Source: Candidatus Omnitrophota bacterium (GTDB lineage Bacteria > Omnitrophota > Gorgyraeia > Zapsychrales > Fredricksoniimonadaceae). Taken from it: DNA of 64,000 nucleotides. The notes under the pieces were generated by a model that was not told where the DNA came from, searched no databases, and worked only from the letters and a program-made list of their open reading frames with translations. The stretch lies in NCBI GenBank assembly GCA_903901225.1, contig CAIUQE010000019.1, positions 1,146 through 65,145 on the forward strand, given 5' to 3'. A program made the translations under genes and the position numbers. Below, in pieces: positions 59,674 to 64,000 of the stretch. Position 1 is the stretch's first letter. The number at the start of each line of letters is the position of its first letter.

Positions 59674-60393
59674 GTGCGTATGGTCAGGAAAATACTGTTG
59701 CTGGCGGTGGTCGTGGCGGGTGCGATGATGGCGGGGCTGGCGCGTGCCGAGCAGGTTCAGCCGCTGCAGGTGGCTCTTTTCACGCCGGTGCAGCTTGTCC
59801 CGCCGGGTGAGTTTATTCGGGGGCTTCGTCTTGACCTGATCTACGGCGAGAATGAAAACGTGAGCGGCATTGACCTTGGCCTGGCGAACAGGACGGACGC
59901 GAATTTTGAAGGGATCCAGTGGGGCGCGGTTAACCTCAACGGCGGCCACACCTTCGGCTGGCAGTCGGCTTTCGTGAATATTGATGGCACGCGGATGGTG
60001 GGCTTGCAGACGGGCCTTCTGAATACGGTCGACGGCGACACGACTGGTATCCAATGGGGTGTTGTCAATTGGAACGCGGGGTTCGTCCATGGCTGGCAGG
60101 AAGGGCTGTTCAATTATGTCGGGGGCGAATTCATTGGCTGGCAGGATGGCGGGTTAAACGTTGTCCAGGGCGGGGCCAAGGGCCTTCAGACCGGCCTTGT
60201 GAACCTTGTGGACGGCCCGTTCAGCGGGGTGCAGGTCGGGTTCATCTGGAATTACGCGCAGTCCGTGCATGGCGTGCAGATCGGCCTTGTGAATGCCACG
60301 AAGTCGCTCAATGGCCTGCAGGTCGGCATCGCCAATTACAATGGCAACAAACAGCCGTTCGAGTTTTTCCCTATCGTTAACTGGTCATTCTAA
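59674..60393 (+). CDS. Secreted tandem-repeat protein (about 11 copies of a 15-aa G-x-Q-x-G-x-x-N unit)
   Basis: Signal peptide AGAMMAGLARA|EQ. Periodic GIQWGAVNLNGGHTF / GWQSAFVNIDGTRMV / GLQTGLLNTVDGDTT ... units suggest a beta-solenoid. Confidence 0.55.
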   Translation: MRMVRKILLLAVVVAGAMMAGLARAEQVQPLQVALFTPVQLVPPGEFIRGLRLDLIYGENENVSGIDLGLANRTDANFEGIQWGAVNLNGGHTFGWQSAFVNIDGTRMVGLQTGLLNTVDGDTTGIQWGVVNWNAGFVHGWQEGLFNYVGGEFIGWQDGGLNVVQGGAKGLQTGLVNLVDGPFSGVQVGFIWNYAQSVHGVQIGLVNATKSLNGLQVGIANYNGNKQPFEFFPIVNWSF

Positions 60394-60411
60394 GGCAGGA
60401 GGAATCGCCTC

Positions 60412-60726
60412 ATGAAAAAGTGCCCTTTTTGCGCGGAAGAGATCCAGGATGCGGCCATCAAGTGCCGTCATTGCAATGAGTTCCTTGACCCGGGCCGCAA
60501 GCCGGTCAATGATACCCGGCCGTGGTATTTTCGCACGACGACGATCGTTACCGCGATCCTCTGCGTGATGGCACTGGCGCTTCCGCTGGTGTGGTTCAAT
60601 CCTTATTACAGCCGCCTGAAGAAGATCATCATTTCGGTGATCGTGATCGTGGCGACGTATTTCCTGTGGACCTGGACGTCGCAGGCGCTGCAGACGATCC
60701 AGGGGACGTACAAAATGGTTTTGTGA
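60412..60726 (+). CDS. Small zinc-ribbon membrane protein
   Basis: MKKCPFCAEEIQDAAIKCRHCNEF, then two TM helices. Same architecture as the ORF at 21792. Directly upstream of P4. Confidence 0.5.
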   Translation: MKKCPFCAEEIQDAAIKCRHCNEFLDPGRKPVNDTRPWYFRTTTIVTAILCVMALALPLVWFNPYYSRLKKIIISVIVIVATYFLWTWTSQALQTIQGTYKMVL

Positions 60727-60959
60727 GAATGCCGGGGACATATTGAGTTATTCCGGATCCTGGCCTTCTGTCAAGCCTTCTCATCAGGAATTATAAGTAT
60801 TTCGTATTAAAGCACACTATAAAGCCTCTATTCTTCAGCTACTTACAAGAAATAGTAGTAGCGTTTTCTCGCCGGACCGTTCGATCGCATACCCCATATA
60901 TATTTATAGACTATACTTACTTTAACGGCGTGGTGGCCGTCTGACCAAGGGGCGAGGGG

Positions 60960-63434
60960 ATGGTGAAGAAATTCGTTAAAAGATCGATCGCGTTATTGAC
61001 GCTTGTGACCTTCATGGCCATGAGCGTGCCGTCGTCTTATGCCCAGAGTGTTGTTCTGCCCAAACCCGGGACCATGGTGGCCCTGAGTGAAAGCTTCACG
61101 CCGCCGCTCTTAAAAGGCATTAAAGTTTATCCGGACAATCCATTCCGTCTTGATTTCATCCTTGATAAGGGCAATTCCAGCGATCCCGCTGATAAGTTAA
61201 AGGACGAGTCTTCCCGCCTGATCAAGTATTTCCTCGCGTCGGTCACGGTCCCTGAAAAAGATCTCTGGGTCAATCTCAGCCCTTATGAAAAAGACCGCAT
61301 TGTGCCGGAGGCGTTTGGCCAGACCGAGATGGGGCGTGACCTTTTGGCGCAGGATTATCTTTTGAAGCAGATCACAGCGTCGGTGATTTATCCCGAAGGC
61401 GAAGTCGGCAAGAAATTCTGGGCCAAGGTTTACGCCGAGGCGCAGAGCCGTTATGGCACAACCGATATCCCGGTCGACACCTTCAACAAGGTCTGGATCG
61501 TCCCGGAGAAGGCGGTCGTCTACGAGAACAAGGATGCCGCCTTTGTAGTTGAAAGCAAACTCAAGGTAATGCTGGAGTCAGATTATGTAGCCGCCACGCA
61601 AAATGAGGAGATGGTGCGTAGGGGCGGGTCTGTGACCCGCCCACATGAGCAAGATTCGCAAGAATTCGCCAAACCGATCCTGCGCGAAGTCGTCATTCCC
61701 ATTCTTGAGAAAGAGGTCAACGAAAGCCGGAATTTCGCCCAACTGCGGCAGGTCTATAATTCCCTCATTCTCGCCGTTTGGTTCAAGGACAAGGTCAAAG
61801 AAAGTATTTTCGGCAAGGCCTATGTCGACCGCGACAAGATCGCGGGGGTTGCTATCAACGATAAGGCGGAGAAGGAGAAGATCTGGGCGCGGTATGTGGA
61901 GTCGTTCAAGAAGGGTGTATATAACTATATCAAGGAAGAGAATGACCCCGGTACGCAAGATGTCATCCCGCGTAAATATTTCTCCGGCGGATTTAATATG
62001 AGGCTCGATCATGCGATGGTTGTGACCCATGACGCCGGGATGATCGCAGGGTTAAGGTCAGCTTTTAAGGTGATGGTTTTGTCGGTGGCGTTAACCATTG
62101 CAGGTGGTCAGACGCCTTTGGTCAATATGCCAGTAAAAATCCCGCCGGTTATCGCAGGTTCAGTAACAGATCGTTTGTTTAAATGGGTCGGTCATCAGTC
62201 ATGGATCACTTTTCAAATTTTTTCTATTGAAGGATGGAACGAGTACCTTATGTCAATTCGGCGACCTTTGAATACTGTAGGGGAAGCATCTTTTAATACT
62301 GGTACTGGATTGCAAATAATTCGTCTACCAATGCAGCCTAGAGAGGGAGGAGTTATAATACGTCCTCTTATTCATGAAATATCACATGCGATCATTAATC
62401 GAGAACATTTTCTAGGAAATCGAACATTTTTACTGCAAAAAGTCGAGGCTTTGGAAAAGGCGGTATTGGATAACGGGACACAGGAAGACATAAAGGCTTT
62501 TTACAAGATGTTTATGTTCTATAAATATCAATATAATTCACTATCACAATGGATCGTGGGTTATAAAAATGGTGAGATCGATGTTGATGAGTTATTGTCT
62601 CAGGTTAAGATCGTTAATCGTCAGGGAAGTGGATGGCGCGATGATTCTTATTTGAAGTCAGCGAAGATCGGGTTTGAAATGTTTTTGGAGCGAGGTAAGA
62701 TCCAATTGGGTGAGAAAGTCGTTTCGACAAGTACCTCGAATATTCCCTCTGGGCATCTCAGCGAGGATCGGGATTGGTGGGAAAAGATGAAGTCTGATCA
62801 GAAGTTGCAAGATTATATTGAGTCTTATTCTTGTCCGAACAGTGAGGCTTCCAATGAATTATTCGTTTATTTTGTTACGGCGTATACCAAGTGGCAGTAT
62901 TTCTATTATTTTGGTTCGACCCCTCAACCTCTTTCTGGCGCTCAAGAGGTGCATAAAAGTTTATCTGGTTTATCGCATAGTGGGAAGCTTGAGAAGACTG
63001 ATGATTCTAAGAAGCCAGAGCAGCATGAGAAGCCAGTAATGGCTGAAAAGTCTGGAGAAGCAGGACCTGCAATATTTGCTGTGGTGGAGCAATTCATAAT
63101 AGAAGCAGGGCTTCCGCCGGATATTGTTAGTTATGATAATTCAATGTCTTTCGCGTTGGCTCCTGAAAATATGTCTATACCTGATGAAAAGCCGTTACTG
63201 GGTGAGGGCAAACCTGTCAAGGCTGATAACGGTGGTATCGACCTAACCCGCGACAGGATGGGCCTTCAGGTTCACAGCGGCGGGCAAGGCGTTCAATTCA
63301 ACTTTGATCCTGCCATGATCCAGCAGTTACAGAATGCTCCCGGCCTGGCACCGGTGATCATCGACATCCAGCCGATGACTACCACTGTGCCGATGTTCCT
63401 GGGGCTTAAGGATGATGCGCCGGCGCAAGGCTGA
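60960..63434 (+). CDS. Giant paralog-family protein P4 (824 aa): signal peptide, conserved N-domain, low-GC HExxH-containing payload, conserved C-tail
   Basis: RBS ggcgagggg. Signal peptide ...PSSYAQ|SVVLPKPG. N-domain PPLLKGIKVYPDNPFRLDFILDKG...DLWVNLSPYEKDRIV...PRKYFSGG. HEISH at 62373-87. C-tail GGIDLTRD...FDPAMIQQLQNAPGLAPVIIDI. Confidence 0.8.
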   Translation: MVKKFVKRSIALLTLVTFMAMSVPSSYAQSVVLPKPGTMVALSESFTPPLLKGIKVYPDNPFRLDFILDKGNSSDPADKLKDESSRLIKYFLASVTVPEKDLWVNLSPYEKDRIVPEAFGQTEMGRDLLAQDYLLKQITASVIYPEGEVGKKFWAKVYAEAQSRYGTTDIPVDTFNKVWIVPEKAVVYENKDAAFVVESKLKVMLESDYVAATQNEEMVRRGGSVTRPHEQDSQEFAKPILREVVIPILEKEVNESRNFAQLRQVYNSLILAVWFKDKVKESIFGKAYVDRDKIAGVAINDKAEKEKIWARYVESFKKGVYNYIKEENDPGTQDVIPRKYFSGGFNMRLDHAMVVTHDAGMIAGLRSAFKVMVLSVALTIAGGQTPLVNMPVKIPPVIAGSVTDRLFKWVGHQSWITFQIFSIEGWNEYLMSIRRPLNTVGEASFNTGTGLQIIRLPMQPREGGVIIRPLIHEISHAIINREHFLGNRTFLLQKVEALEKAVLDNGTQEDIKAFYKMFMFYKYQYNSLSQWIVGYKNGEIDVDELLSQVKIVNRQGSGWRDDSYLKSAKIGFEMFLERGKIQLGEKVVSTSTSNIPSGHLSEDRDWWEKMKSDQKLQDYIESYSCPNSEASNELFVYFVTAYTKWQYFYYFGSTPQPLSGAQEVHKSLSGLSHSGKLEKTDDSKKPEQHEKPVMAEKSGEAGPAIFAVVEQFIIEAGLPPDIVSYDNSMSFALAPENMSIPDEKPLLGEGKPVKADNGGIDLTRDRMGLQVHSGGQGVQFNFDPAMIQQLQNAPGLAPVIIDIQPMTTTVPMFLGLKDDAPAQG

Positions 63435-63481
63435 CCGCCACGATTGACAGCAGGGGATAGAAATGGTATATTTTTTATACT

Positions 63482-63745
63482 ATGATCAACTTTGAATTTG
63501 ATCAGGCTAAAAGCCAGTCCAACTTGAAGAAACACGGCATAGATTTTGAAAAAGCCAAAACGATCTGGGAAGATCCTGATTTTATCGAAGTGCCGGCGCG
63601 CGTGCAAGATGAGCCAAGATCATTGGTTGTGGGGCGGTTAGAGGGTAAATTATGGTCGGCTGTCGTTACATATCGGAATGACAGGGTGAGAATTATTTCC
63701 GTGCGTCGCGCAAGGCCGGAGGAGGAGGCTGTTTATGAAAGCTAA
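63482..63745 (+). CDS. brnT: BrnT-type toxin (DUF497 ribonuclease)
   Basis: MINFEFDQAKSQSNLKKHGIDFEKAKTIWEDPDFIEV...VVTYRNDRVRIISVRRARPEE is the DUF497/BrnT pattern. Confidence 0.75.
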   Translation: MINFEFDQAKSQSNLKKHGIDFEKAKTIWEDPDFIEVPARVQDEPRSLVVGRLEGKLWSAVVTYRNDRVRIISVRRARPEEEAVYES

Positions 63746-63959
63746 AGAATTTGATGCTCATTTTGACGCCGGCGAGAACGTTACAAAACATTTGAATCTC
63801 GCCAAAACAAGACGCGGTGGGCAGGAGATCCGGCGTGTTAACGTGGATTTCCCCGTGTGGATGTTGAATTCGCTTGATAAAGAGGCTGGCCGCCTTGGCG
63901 TTTCGCGCCAAGCGGTTGTCAAGGTCCTGGTGGCCCAGCATTTTCATGTAGCTGCGTAG
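63735..63959 (+). CDS. brnA: BrnA-type antitoxin (CopG/RHH-like)
   Basis: Overlaps brnT by 11 bp. The C-terminal VNVDFPVWMLNSLDKEAGRLGVSRQAVVKVLV is a ribbon-helix-helix. Confidence 0.65.
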   Translation: MKAKEFDAHFDAGENVTKHLNLAKTRRGGQEIRRVNVDFPVWMLNSLDKEAGRLGVSRQAVVKVLVAQHFHVAA

Positions 63960-64000
63960 GCTGTATTTGAATGACGGATGTACCACAAGTGGTTTGGGCA

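Overview
This is a 64 kb chromosomal window, roughly 60% GC, from a diderm (Gram-negative-type) bacterium. The diderm call rests on LptE, an LpxL-type lipid A acyltransferase, Lnt and a BamD-like TPR protein. Gene density is high and mostly housekeeping: prfC (partial), Era, ThiH/ThiS-ThiG, LeuS, DeoC, ComEA/ComEC, HolA, rpsT, MurJ, UvrC, a multi-PAS histidine kinase, YchF, prfB with its programmed +1 frameshift, SecA, Lnt, PitA, tRNA-Phe. Three toxin-antitoxin-like pairs are present (VapBC, BrnTA, DUF4160/DUF2442). The standout is a four-member paralogous family of giant proteins (1697, 1176, 1078 and 824 aa). Each has a signal peptide, a roughly 350-aa conserved N-terminal domain that I could not match to any characterised family, a variable low-GC payload, and a conserved roughly 50-aa C-terminal tail. 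The P3 payload carries a radical-SAM core (CxxxCxxC, glycine-rich motif, TNG). The P4 payload carries an HExxH motif. The tandem copies P2 and P3 are joined by an out-of-frame fusion at a microhomology between the tail motif and the N-domain motif. Other notable items are a 7-copy CACGC pentanucleotide tract inside the 5' coding region of a low-GC LamG-type secreted protein, which makes it a phase-variation candidate. Also notable are GC-rich hairpins with compensatory substitutions inside the paralog N-domain linker. A B12-binding radical-SAM gene is translationally coupled to a 47-aa Cys-containing membrane peptide. Many long ORFs in the six-frame track are antisense artefacts of the high GC content. 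Where the track uses GTG/TTG alternative starts, the start I give is the most plausible one and is stated in the evidence.
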